This document shows positions 29,957 to 41,894 of a DNA stretch of 64,000 nt, piece after piece; position 1 is the stretch's first letter; each line of letters starts with the position of its first letter. The position numbers and the translations under genes were made by a program. This stretch comes from Eledone cirrhosa. Taxonomy: Eukaryota. Location: assembly GCA_964016885.1 (NCBI GenBank), contig OZ024742.1, forward strand, positions 189,720,001-189,784,000, given 5' to 3'. A model generated the notes under the pieces. That model had not been told where the DNA came from. It did no database searches and worked only from the letters and a program-made list of their open reading frames with translations.

Positions 29957-30360
29957 GGATATATGATAAAATAATACATAATAAAATGAATATATAATCC
30001 ATCCATACACATTCCTGTGAGATGTACACACATACACATATATATATATATATATATATAAATCCACATATATATAGAGACCCATATATACATACATACA
30101 CACACACATACACACACACATACATGCGCACCCACATACTCATACACAGCTATATATATACATATATATATATACACACACACACATATGTACACACATG
30201 TACATGCATGCACACACACACACACGTATAAACTCACGCATATACGTACACATGCACACCCCCCCCCACACACACACACACACGCATATATACATATCTA
30301 CATACACACACACATGCATATACATACGCAGAGGTCTGCACATAAACACACATATAAACA
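27990..30360. repeat. CA/TACA-rich low-complexity region with (TA)n, interrupted by an insertion at 28770-29376
   Basis: Directly visible; source of the HTHT/VCVC pseudo-ORFs. Confidence 0.9.
28770..29376 (-). mobile_element. Non-coding retroposon of about 600 bp with an RTE 5'UTR-like motif; second copy at 48920-49240
   Basis: Minus strand has AGCCTTGTCAAGGCAGAATTCTAGGAGAAGGAAAACTCTGA, which I recall as an RTE 5'UTR motif. Shares GAGTGGGA(C/T)TGGCT, AAAAGCTTCA, GGACTAAAAA and a CGAGTTG..GCCA terminal hairpin with the 48.9 kb copy. Confidence 0.65.
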
Positions 30361-30859
30361 CAATAAGATAATAAAATAAAATAAATAAATTTACGATATG
30401 TTAAAATACATTAAAATCTGTATGTAACTTCACAAAGAGATAAATAAAAAAGGGGGAGGTAAAGGAGAAGGTGCGTGTATTCATGTGATATACTACACAG
30501 AGGTAGTATGAGGTGTAAACTTAGGTCCGTGTATGGAACATGTAACAATAACAAAACAATAATAACAGTAATAATAATTGTTCCAAAGTGGAACATGTGG
30601 AGAATATATATTCACGATTGACGGGTACACATTCAAGGGGACGCTTGCTCCGGTCACCTTGGGGTATGCCACTGTGGTTGGGGTGTGCTGTTCTATATGT
30701 TTGAGGTATTTGACTGGACGACCGTGGACTCCGTGTTAGTCGGTCCCGGGATAGGTGATGTAGCTGCCGTATGTTGCGTGCTCAGTCCCGTGTGCACCTG
30801 GTTTATTTAGGTTTGCCACACGGGGCGTACAATGACATCAGGGTATGGTGTCAGGTCCC

Positions 30860-31580
30860 TTAATCCTGTTGGGCCGCTCGGGTCTGTGCGTACTCCGTCC
30901 CATGCCCTTGGCCTGTGTTACCCGCAGGATTCCATGCTGTAAATGTGCATCTTCTCTGGTGTCTGCAGGTCATGATAATTTCAGACTTCAGGTTGACCGT
31001 GTCATCTTTCAGTCTGACTATCTCCATGGCCTCGTGTAGGCATAATCGGCACTTTCTACTTCCAGCCGAGTATGCTCTCGCATGCCGAACGATACTCCAT
31101 TCAAGGGCGTACGGAGTGCCTTGGTCTTTCAGGTCCCACACCAGGTCCGCTAACCTAGTGGAGTGCCTTTTGCTTGTCCCTGAAGGAATTTGTGTGATTA
31201 TACATCCGCGATTTAAAGGTCGTGGATGTTGCGCCGATGTAGCTGCGATGCGCATTTTGGGTTCTAACCACGCACTTGTATATTAGGTGCTTCGTCAGGC
31301 ATTTTCCCTGCAGGGGGCACTGGGTGCCCGCTCTGCAGTTACAAGTTCTGTTGTCAGTTCTTTCGCGTCTGATGTCTGGGCCTCGATCTGTTATGGCCCT
31401 CTCAGGATTCTCAGGGTATTGTTCCGTCGACACGGTGGTCTCCCCTGTACCACTCGTTCCCTCCCGGCATTGGATCATATCACCCTCCACGGGCGTTTCA
31501 GCCACCTCTGGGGCCGGGTTGTCATTTGAGGGCCGGTCCCCGGGTGGTCCCCCGTGCTCCGTTAGACGGTCATCCTGTCG
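30860..31580 (-). pseudogene. Penelope-like (Neptune-type) GIY-YIG endonuclease with one frameshift
   Basis: CNCRAGTQCPLQGKCLTKHLIYKCVV...SYIGATSTTFKSRMYNHTNSFRD, frameshift near 31170, then KRHSTRLADLVWDLK...W...CRLCLHE...VNLKSEIIMTCRH. Confidence 0.9.
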
Positions 31581-31594
31581 CCATATATATATAT

Positions 31595-31745
31595 AAAAGA
31601 AGAAATTAAAAGATGGTTAAACTAGTTCCATATATTTTATTATGCGCATTTCGAAAACAACATCATCCTGGGACAAAAGTGCAAAAAAGACAAAAAAGTG
31701 CAAAACCTACATATGTAGGTTTTGCACTTTCCTGTTGACAAGTGT
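31595..31745 (-). mobile_element. Fragment of the 55.9 kb hammerhead family with a perfect 36-bp palindrome
   Basis: Minus strand has GAA-ATGCGCAT-A-ATAAAATA...GGAACT as at 56012. Palindrome AAAGTGCAAAACCTACATATGTAGGTTTTGCACTTT at 31695-31730. Confidence 0.75.
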
Positions 31746-31776
31746 TTTTATATATATACATATTTTATATATATAC

Positions 31777-31826
<50 letters not shown>

Positions 31827-31846
31827 TTATATATATATATAACTTT

Positions 31847-32868
31847 TAGTACAGCATCAACGAAGCCATGGTTGCAGCCAAGCTAACGAATGCAGTTTCG
31901 GTGTGCAGCTAAGCACTCAATGGAGAATATTACCCCATAGTTATAACATTACGTTTAGACAGCTTTGCAAATCAAATACAGCGACCGATAGACGGGCCGC
32001 AGAGACCATAGCGACGAAAAATACTGAACTCAGGAAAAATGTTTGACTGACCTTCACCATCGCGTAGACATTACATGCAACACATAATGTATACCATACA
32101 ATATACATCACATGCAACATACAACATCTCCGCTAGGTTTCTGTAAATCCGAAATCGACAAAATGAACTTGCAGGGGTCTGTAAGTTAATGGCTTTTGAT
32201 GACAGAACAAAGGAATTTACTTCGTCAACAAGTTTTTCGTTCTGTTCCTCACGGGTGTGCGTTCTAGCAGTAAACACCGCAGAGGCACATGTTTCTCCCA
32301 AAGGGAGGTAACCCCCATTTTGGCGGTCAATTCAAAATTTGGAACAAAGGAATAAAATTCCCTTACACAAACCGAATTAAGCACTCAACTAGAAGTTATC
32401 AAACAAACATAAACAATTAATCAATCAATAGAATTGTCTAATTAAATTAATCAATTAATCGTTAATTCTAGGAGTTAATAATACAAATGTTAGTACATCA
32501 TCAACGAAGCTTTTGGTAGCAGCCAAGCTAACGAATGCAGTTTCGGTGTGCAGCTAAGCACTCAATGGAGAATATTAGCCCAGAGTTATAACATTACGTT
32601 TAGACAGCTTTGCAAATCAAATACAGCGACCAATAGACGGGCCGCAGTGACCATAGCAACGAAAAAAACTGAACTCAGGAAAAATGTTTGACTGACCTGG
32701 ACCATTGCGTAGACATTACATGCAACACATAACGTATACCATACAATATACATCACATGCAACATACAACATCTCCGCTAGGTTTCTGTAAATCCGAAAT
32801 CGACAAAATCCACTTGCAGGGGTCTGTAAGTTAATGGCTTTTGACGACAGAACAAAGGAATTTACTTT
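31847..32868. repeat. Direct repeat, period about 645 bp, about 1.6 copies, TA-flanked
   Basis: 31847-32222 is repeated at about 32491-32867 with few substitutions. Confidence 0.9.
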
Positions 32869-33150
32869 GATATATATATATATGTATGCAAAAGGTAAAC
32901 AGAAATAACAACACACTCGGTACAGTATATGGAAGGTATATATTAGGTTAACGCTTGATATAGCAGGAAGAGGGTCTTAACGTCCTTCATCAGAAGAACG
33001 AATGAGAAATAAAATAGATTGAGGGGATGGGCGGGATGGAATTGGAAAAAATGTCTTTAGATAAAAATAACAGGTATATTCATGTTGACATCTCTTATAT
33101 ATATATGTATATATATATATATATATGTATATATATGTATATATATATAT

Positions 33151-33298
33151 ATTATTTCTGAAGACGGCGTATATATGTGTTGGTATGTATATTTAATCTT
33201 GATAGTTTGTATAATTTTGTATAATTTTGTACATAGATCTGTTGAATATGCATGCCAATTCTAACACATATATATCCTAGAAACGATCGTTAAATAAT
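33151..33298 (+). ncRNA. Type I hammerhead ribozyme motif with long stem/loop II
   Basis: ATTATTT-CTGAAGA-[TATATATGTGTTGG...CTAACACATATATA]-GAA-ACGATCGT-T-AAATAAT: 7-bp stem I and palindromic stem III. Confidence 0.82.
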
Positions 33299-33954
33299 GA
33301 ACTTTTTTTGTTTAATATAAGGAACTGTCTCATTGTTTATTCATTATTTGTTTAATATTTTATATATATATATATATATATACCATAATTTATATACCAT
33401 AATTTATATATATACCATAATTTAGCTTATATTTGTCATGCTGGTATTACTCTTTTACTCTTTTACCTGTTTCAGCCATCCGGCTGAGGCCATGCTGGGG
33501 CATATACTAAAAACTAATATATTCAGACTAGTGTCCTGATATTAATGATATACACCCTGAATCCCCTCATGTGCCTGCCAGTAATGTCCTCGAAATCTGA
33601 AACCAAACCCTTTATTCAAACCACAGCAATAAATTGTTCTCAGGAGCAAGACATTTTATTACAGATTGCTCCAGTCCACTCAACTTGTAAAAATGAGTTG
33701 TACCTGCAATTCAACGGGTCAGCCTCAACACATTCACACATTCTTTTCCCTGCTGAATCACGCTGAGAACTACATTAAGTGTACATGCAGTTGTTGAATG
33801 CTCAGCCACTTGCACGTTAATTTCATGAGTAGACTGTTCCATCGATCATATAAACTGGAACACATATAAATGCACTAACCCAGGAATTATAATGTTAAAT
33901 GCATATATGGATCTCAAAGAAAAAAGATCTCTTAAAAAAACTTATTTATAAATA

Positions 33955-34274
33955 CACTGTAACCTCGGTTGACAAATGCCTCTTGTCATGGACAATTTTT
34001 CCAAACATAAAGCATCTTGTTTACGAATGATGTCTCGAGTAACAAACATACAAGCCATCAACTACAGCTGGTAACAAGCTTGGAGTATCGGTGGGAATCA
34101 TCACTTGCTGTGTAGTTAGTTACTATAGTAATATCTATGTGTTTCACACAGTCTCTCTCTCATTGTATTTCTCCCTCAACAATTTGTATGGGAAAATTAG
34201 TTTCGATTTATGAACATTTTGGATGACGAACAGCCTTCAGGAATGAATTAAGTTTGTGAACAGAGGTTCCACTG
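33955..34274. mobile_element. Tc1/mariner (pogo/Tigger-like) MITE
   Basis: Imperfect TIRs CACTGTAACCTCGGTTGACAAA and TTTGTGAACAGAGGTTCCACTG, with TA on the left side. Confidence 0.65.
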
Positions 34275-34557
34275 AATATCAAAAATAGAGATAATTACAT
34301 CTTAAAACGATGGCTCATTCTCATTAACCCCTTTGGCAAATATAGACTTGGTCTGGAGGAGTTGATATCACCAGATAATGTCTGACATTCATTGGTTTCA
34401 ACCCAAATAGAAAATAAAAGACATGAAATTTTTCGAAATTATTTACTTATCTCTTTCATTACTATATGTTTAATATAAGACACTGCCTAAGATTTTGAAA
34501 TAATTTTTTTAATAATCAAGAATATATCATATATGCTTGTGTATAAGCCAAGAAAGT

Positions 34558-34815
34558 GGAGGCATTGGCCTAGTGGTAAGGAAGGATGTTGGTCTTATGA
34601 TCATAATGTTGTGGGTTCGATTCCCGAGCTGGGTTGCGTGATGTGTTCCTGAGCAAAACAATTCATTTCATGTTGCTCCAGTATACTTTAGCTGAAAATG
34701 AGTACCAGTAATAGCTGGCAGTTTAACCCTGTGATGGACTGGTATCCTGTCTAGGGGAAAGTCGCTTCACATCACAGAAACCAGGATAAGCACTGGCCTG
34801 ATGAGCCTGAGAGCT
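34558..34815 (+). mobile_element. tRNA-derived SINE related to family B
   Basis: TGGCCTAGTGGTAAGG, GGGTTCGATTCCC, GTTCCTGAGCAAAACA and AACCCTGTGATGGACTGG. Confidence 0.8.
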
Positions 34816-35720
34816 GGAGATAGACTTTAGAATTAGATAAGCCAAGAAATATTTAACAAAAACATAGATGATAAAATGGAGTGGGTAGTTGATGTTTTTC
34901 ACCAACTTCAACATCTATATAAAAATGATGCCAGAATGTCTGGTGTGATACATACAAATATTTTTGGTAATTTCCATGAGTGAAAATGACAATATTTTAT
35001 AAGTATCATCCTGCTCATAATGCACACACACACTCAAACACACACACAAACACATGCACACGTACATACATACAAATATACATACATAGAAAGCTTGCTA
35101 AACAAAATGATGTGAGGACCCATTAGTTGTGTCAAAGGCATGACAGCTTCCCTAGTGCTGGTGATCTACACAATAAAATCACTCAGTCCACACGCTAAAG
35201 TGATTGGTGTTAGGAAGGGAATCCAGCTTAACAAGGGGTTAAAAGGACCCTTCAGTTTGTGTCAAAAGTCACAACAACTGTTCCTCTGCACACAATATGA
35301 GCATACGTAATCAGGATGCAGGCCCTTTAGCCAGTTTGGAAGGTCAGTAGCCCAACTTCAGTACTGATTTGGTCTATGTAGACCCGTCCAACACTTGCTA
35401 GCAGGGAAAGTGAACACTAAAGGATGATGATGATGATGATGATGATAATGATACATACATATATGTGTATGCATATATATATATATATATAGTAGTGAAA
35501 ATATGGGAGGTTATATTCAAAGCTGGTAGAGTACTCAGTCCAAAGGACGAGTTTGGTATAGAGATAGTTCCACAACAAATTAATATTCCATATAGGGGAC
35601 ACAAACCATACATGAGTTGAATAATCCGTTGGGTGAAACACATGTCCTCGACTATGCTTTGTTAATTTGTTGTGGAACTAACTCTCTCTCTCTCTATCTA
35701 TATATATAATATATATATAT

Positions 35721-35986
35721 ATCAGATAGGGTGTGGTAAAAACCAGTTAGACCATAACACACCAGAGTATTCAATACTTGGTGTAGTAGAGTGAGTAATA
35801 TGAAAAAATTCAGGGGTCCTGAAACTTTTCATATTACCTACTCTACTACACCAAGTACTCTGGTGGGTTATGGTCTAGCTGGTTTTTACCACACCCTATC
35901 TGATCTTTAATGCCTACTTCAATAGTGGAGCACTCTTTGACCCATACCACACTTCCATCCAGGCTCTAATAAGGGGTCCTGAGTCT

Positions 35987-35991
<5 letters not shown>
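35721..35991. mobile_element. Fold-back element of the GAGCTC family; relatives at 43985, 45851, 50844 and 56531
   Basis: Arms at about 35721-35812 and 35818-35904. GGGGTCCTGA..CTTTTCATAT is repeated directly about 160 bp later (partial tandem, pLTR-like). TA-flanked. Confidence 0.8.
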
Positions 35992-36024
<33 letters not shown>

Positions 36025-36027
<3 letters not shown>

Positions 36028-36451
36028 TGGCAATGGACTTGGTAAATACCCACAAAGTTATTAACCACCTCGCCTACAACCCTGAGCACCTTTTTGATCT
36101 CCATGTGTCTAACACACGTGGACATGCCTACAAAGTCAGAAAACAGCACAGCTCCCATGACTTTTGGAAACATTTTTTCATGCTTAGAGTTGCTGAAGCA
36201 TGGAACAAACTGCCTGCGTCAGTTGTTAGCTGCTGAGTCACTGCATCCTTTAAAACCCTCATGCTTCCCGAAATTCGCCAAAACTACACCTGATGTCCCC
36301 CTTCCATACACATGCACACATGTGTATATCATGACTCATGCACTGTTCATTTTCCTGACCTTTCTACATTGCCCTATGTACTATGCATACACTTTTGATG
36401 AGTTGTAGTGCACCTGAGCACTGTACACAATATTTTCATTATTAATATTAT

Positions 36452-36457
<6 letters not shown>
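36025..36457 (+). mobile_element. CR1-group LINE 3' fragment
   Basis: C-terminal motifs NTRGHAYKV and HFFMLRVAEAWNKLP. The 3'UTR end TTTGATGAGTTGTAGTGCACCTGAGCACTGTACACAATA plus (ATT)n recurs at about 50220. Confidence 0.88.
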
Positions 36458-36481
<24 letters not shown>

Positions 36482-36482
<1 letters not shown>

Positions 36483-36670
36483 AGTTTATCCCAGGTTCAA
36501 TCATGGGTAATCACAGTACTCAATACAAAGCAGAGTATAAATATTTAATATAAAAATGACTTCTATAGGACTAGAACTGTTTCATTGGGGAGAAATCATC
36601 AAGGAGCCTTGATGATTTCTCCAAAATGAAACAGTTCTAGTCCAGTAGAAGCCATTTCTATATTAAATAT
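36482..36670. mobile_element. Fold-back element turning inside a hammerhead-like core
   Basis: Arms at about 36541-36604 and 36607-36670. Each reads outward TTGATGA-tttctcc..aat-GAA-ACAGT-T; the 5' strand of stem I is missing. Confidence 0.7.
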
Positions 36671-36826
36671 ATATATATATATATATATAGTGAAAGAGTG
36701 AAGAATAACATGTTCAACAGTACAAAAAGGGTTTTATTTACAGTATTAACAAGTGTTTCATTGATTAACTGGATTACCTATAACAATAATTTGTTATCCC
36801 ATATATATATATATATATATATATAT

Positions 36827-37152
36827 GAAAAAAGTTTGTCCTTCATCAGTGATCTTCCAACCATCATAGGCATTTCATCGCTTTAAAGACCATATACCTC
36901 CGGTTGGTGCGAGCAACGGTTAAAAAAAGTCGTTGGGACACGTAAATAAAGGGGACGCGAGGGTAAACAAACAAAATGACCCTCGCGTCCCCTTTATTTA
37001 TGTGTCCCAACGACTTTTTTTAGCCATTGCTCGCACCAACCGGAGGTATATGGTCTTTAAAGCGATGAAATGCCTATGATGGTTGGAAGATCACTGATGA
37101 AGGACAAACTTTTTTCTTATGTAAACCATTTGCAACTCCGCAGCGCCCTTAT
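36827..37152. mobile_element. Fold-back palindrome (about 138-bp arms), same family as 22471
   Basis: Arms 36827-36964 and 36979-37116, plus an unpaired tail of about 35 nt. TA on both sides. Confidence 0.9.
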
Positions 37153-37153
37153 T

Positions 37154-37204
<51 letters not shown>

Positions 37205-38816
37205 CAACATACAGTGTAGTGCTTGAACCTGACTTTTTTTCCTCATAACTTTCATATATATTTTACAGAGATACATTTTCACCAGTATAGATAACAATTA
37301 TGTTGATACACATCTAAAATAAGAAATGTCTTTTCATTTATGGAATATACCAGCAGTTCTCTGTAATCTTAAAATGAAGTATTATAAGGCTCAGTTTATT
37401 TATGGAAGACATCTTGTTCATTGAAACACTTTTGCAATAAATATAAAAACTCACCAACATATGTTTATAAATATACTGAAACATTGACATACACACAGAC
37501 ATACATTTGCAAACACATGAAATTATAATTTTGTATAAGCAGTGACATACATTCATTTATGATCACATAAAAGTAATATATATATATATGTCTGTGGTAT
37601 ACATATTTATTGAATATAATGGGAATTAAATATTTCTATTTTTAATTAATGTGTGTATGTTTCATATTAGAGTTATTTTTTTCACACAAGGTTTTATTTT
37701 CCCATTGTACAATATATAACTATCAATTCATTACATTACGATCCAATAACTTCATAAAAAATGGGCCTACTTGTAGGATGTCAAATGGTTTCCAAGATAT
37801 TTAAGGCACACATTTCATTTGATTTCACATTAAATAAAAGCTTATTATATTTGAAAGATGGTGCTAATGCTGAGTAAAAGGAAGTAAACAAAAATTTGAG
37901 AAACTTGTTGAAACTTTATAGAATAGATGAAATGTTAAAAAATCATTATGTATTGGAATTCTGAAACAAAAGCTATGCTCTAAACGACACAAAAAAACAT
38001 CTAAGATATCAAAATATTAAAACTTCATAAAGATATCCTCCAGTTGTGGGAATTTAAAAACCACACCATCTAAATATAATGTCATAATGTATTAATTAGC
38101 TGTCTTGGCTTATACATAGTATTTGGATTTTTGTCCATTACTCAAACATAAAATGGAGTGGGGAGGTCAGCTTCTATATGGATCAGCTTATATACAAGTA
38201 TAAAGGGTAACTAAATTGTATTCATGTGCATGGACACTATAGAAACTTATATTAATAGAATTTTATAATTGACCCAACAAGGTAGTATATTTGTGACCAC
38301 TCCACCTTCTAGAAATAGAAGCCAGCTATCCCTTAACTTCTATTAAAAAACAAACAAAAAGAAGTTGATGTTTGGAATAGACCTTAACAAAGGTTCTTAC
38401 ATAAAAATCATGATAGGATATTTTTATATAAATATAAACCAATCAAGGAAATATGTTTGGAATATTGCAAGTAAAGATTTTGAATTGAAATAGAAATAGA
38501 AGCTTTGCTGTAATATTGACTACATAACATAGTTTGATAATGGGGCATATAAACCCACTGAATAGAGAAAGATGGGTATCAGCATACATGTTTATACACC
38601 CCTATATTAGACCATATCATGTAGTCAATGTTACAGTGACGTTTCTATTTCTGTTTCAATTCTAAAACTTTACTCACCGTGTTCCAAACATACGTCCCTT
38701 GTTTACATATTAAATTATAACTACCCCCCCCCCCCCAAAAAAAATAACAGAACAAGCTATGAAACTGTTCTTAGATATAAAACATCAAAATAACAATGAT
38801 GATGATGATGATGATG

Positions 38817-38857
<41 letters not shown>

Positions 38858-38861
<4 letters not shown>

Positions 38862-39412
38862 TCTTTATTAACCACAAGGGTTTACACAAAGTAGACATTA
38901 AGGACAGTACAGGACAATACAGGACGGTACAAAAGGGCATTTCTGCGTGTAAAAAAACAAAAAACAGAGGATGTAATAATAGAACAATGAAAAAATTCCC
39001 CAATAGGGGAGAGACTTCCAAGGGCCATCGTGGAGAAAGACCATTAAAAAGCAACGGTGACCCTGACCAGTTTTCCACCATCAATTTACAGGCACATACT
39101 CAGAGTATGTCCACTCACTCGGGCCATTCTTGCCTCTCTCACCCATCTTTCAACAAAAAGCTGGGAAGAGAGCACCTCCCTCTCTACCCTGATTTTCCTT
39201 TTCAAATGAAATTGGAAAAAGTTAATCAGGGCATCACCATACTATCTCTTTCGCCATGGCCACCAGACAGATAAAAACTGCCTGCCCTTCCCGGCTAAAG
39301 GAAGAGTGCGGGGTAATCCTCACGATGGACTCAGCTGATAGTCGGATCCGTTCTACACGCGACAGCAGGTGTTCGACATAAACCCACAAGTCAGCAATGC
39401 TCGGACACTGGA
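38858..39412 (-). mobile_element. Tx1/L1-clade LINE 3' fragment next to (TAA)n
   Basis: Minus-strand translation QCPSIADLWVYVEHLL...CLVAMAKEIVW, then ALINFFQFHLKRKIRVERE...FVERW, matching the region after the L1/Tx1 CCHC. The 3'UTR ends AATAAAGAAAG followed by (TAT)n. Confidence 0.75.
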
Positions 39413-39584
39413 TATGATAATAATGAAAAAATGTTTTATAAATGTGCTGTAATTAGTCATTTTTTATGTTGTTATATATATCTTTTTAATGGTTTGTGAT
39501 GAAGCTATTTAGATGAATACAATGTGTATTAGCAGCTTTTTATAATTGTAGTTACTGAAATTTAAAGTTAAAATAATGACAAAT

Positions 39585-39812
39585 CTATCTATTAATTTAT
39601 TTATCTATTTATCTATCTATCTGTTTGTTTGACCTTCTGTCTATTTATCTATCTATCTATCCATCTGTTTCTTTGTCTCTGTTTATCAATCTATCTATCT
39701 ACCTATCTATCAATCTATCTACCTATCTATCTATCTATCTATTTCTCTGTCTGTCTGTTTGTCTCTGCCTATCAATCTATCTATCTATCAAATAATGACT
39801 ATCTCTCTATCT
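39585..39812. repeat. (ATCT)n/(GTCT)n tetranucleotide repeat
   Basis: Directly visible. Confidence 0.9.
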
Positions 39813-41329
39813 AACAAGTAGATCAATGAACTTTATTTAATAAACCATAACAATCATTGTTCATGACTTGGTTTTACATGACAGCTATGGTGATACATCA
39901 TAAAAGTGAAAAAAATGAAAAATATTTCTGTCGTGTCAGAAGTATATTTGAAATAATTAGACAAAGCTAATTAGAAAATTTGTTGCACAAGATAAAGAAG
40001 GTTTTGTTGCAAATTTTTATTCTTTCTTTATGAGTAAATGACTAGCGCATTGTCTAATGTAAAGAAGAAGCATTTATAAGGAAAAAAAATTTACATAAAA
40101 TTCAAACTGATATAATAATTTTGAAACTGCCTTGAATACTCATTTATTTGTTACACTGATAGATAAATCACACCTCCATTTTAAATACATTTACAATGTA
40201 GCATATATATTTTGAATTGTGGTTTTGTAAGTACAGTTGATAAGATGTATGCTACTTTTTCACGTGGTATTTTCATGGGAAAAGTTAGAACGTATTCCTT
40301 CTTCATCTTAAACAAGATGGATTATATTTCCCTGACTGAGTAACAAGTTTTATCCTTGAGCAAGGCACTTCACTTCTCATTGCTCCTGTTCATTCAGTTG
40401 AAAGACATTAGCAACAGCAGTAGCCTGGAGTTAACGTGCCATAGACTGGTGTCATGTCTAAGAGTGTGCCTTGTATTATCAGTCATTTAACACCAATGTA
40501 ACCAGTATAAGCATAAGCTTGATGAGCCCCCGTGACTAAGGCAGACTTTAACTTTATTTAGTAAAAAGTCCCAATCTTATAGCAATATCAAAATCTACCA
40601 ATAAAAAATTCTGAAGCTAGAAAAATTATTTTGAAACTCCTTTGGAAAAGACTTCTAGATTTAGTATTAATTAATAAAAAAAAAAACATAAATACTTTTG
40701 TAAATATACCAGGAAAAAAAATCAGTCATTGGATGTGAGCATACTTCAACCCTTTTGTCAAAACTATTTCGATTAATGATGAATTTTGAGGGATTTACTA
40801 AAGAATATTAATTATTTCATTGCTAAAGTACAAAATTAACATATGGTCCTTATATAAAATTTTTGTTGGAATATTTCAATTTAAACCTTTCATGACTTCA
40901 TTTCGAATGAAATACTCTATTTCAATTAATTGATGAAGAATTTTGAGGGATTTACTAAAATTATTAATTATTTCATTTCCAAAATAATAACTCAAAGTAA
41001 GGTTCTTATATAAAATTATGTTGAAAGACTTCAATGGGTGATTTTGTTTCATAGAACCATAGCCAGTTTTGGCTGGGTTGGTAACTAAAGGGTTAAATAG
41101 GAACTTTTGAAATGGATGGCTTTGTTTCATAGAACCAAAGCAAGTTTTGACTTGGCTGGTATAAAAAAAAGATACATTCTTTTATTCCAATGATTAAAAT
41201 TATTGCTTCACAAACATGAAGTTCCAATTTCCATCTGTCTGTGTGATGACTTGAGTAAATGTCTTTTACTGTCAGTTCAGTGCAATCTAAACTTTGGGAG
41301 TTAAATTGGGTCAATAGAAATGTCTTTTC

Positions 41330-41830
41330 TTACCACATACTGTGTCATGCTGAATCTCCCTGATAATTACATTAAGGATAAATGTTTCTGTGGAATGCTC
41401 AGCAACTTATACTATATTACAAAATGGATTGTAGTTGTAATTCAAAGATCCAGCCTTGCCACACATTCTGTGATCCTGAATCTCCCTGAGATTAAGGATA
41501 AATGTGTCTTTCGAATGCTCAGTCACTTATACTATAATGCAAAATGGATTGTATTTATAATTCAAGGATCCAGTCTTGCCACACATTCGTTCATGCTGAA
41601 TCTCCCTAGGAATTATATCAAGTGTACACGCATCTGAGGAATGCTCAGACACTTATACTATAACACAAGACAAATAGAACCTGTAGCTCAAAAGCCCATA
41701 CTTCTCACATATTAATGTACATGTGTCTGTAAAATACTTAGCTTCATACATGTTAATTCAATAAGTTAGACAGACATTCAGTAGATCAAACAAATGATTG
41801 CTCGTCGTTGAAACTGATGGAGATCCATTT
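41330..41830 (+). repeat. About three tandem 120-bp units derived from an internal SINE segment
   Basis: CTGAATCTCCCT...GAATGCTCAG..ACTTATACTATA occurs three times. Single-copy homologues at about 33690-33860, 5750-5900 and 61255-61370. Confidence 0.8.
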
Positions 41831-41894
41831 ATCTATTTATTTACATAGTCATTTATTTATTGATTTTTACTGTTATTAATTTTATTGTTATTGG

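Larger units (their letters stand above)
27566..31582 (-). mobile_element. Probable 5'-truncated Penelope-like element: GIY-YIG domain, long GT-rich 3' region and pLTR-like end
   Basis: GIY-YIG at 30860-31580. Hammerhead-like 3' half GAA-ACAATTGT-A plus AATAAA at about 27687-27711 on the same strand. TA repeats at both outer ends. Treating it as a single unit is inference. Confidence 0.55.

Noticed and set aside
27669-30379. HTHT/VCVC ORFs up to 287 aa, also at 59293-59859
   Set aside because: CA/TG low-complexity DNA lacks stop codons, and there are no domain motifs.
38759-39274. 171-aa plus-strand ORF
   Set aside because: It is microsatellite plus the antisense strand of the Tx1/L1-like fragment.
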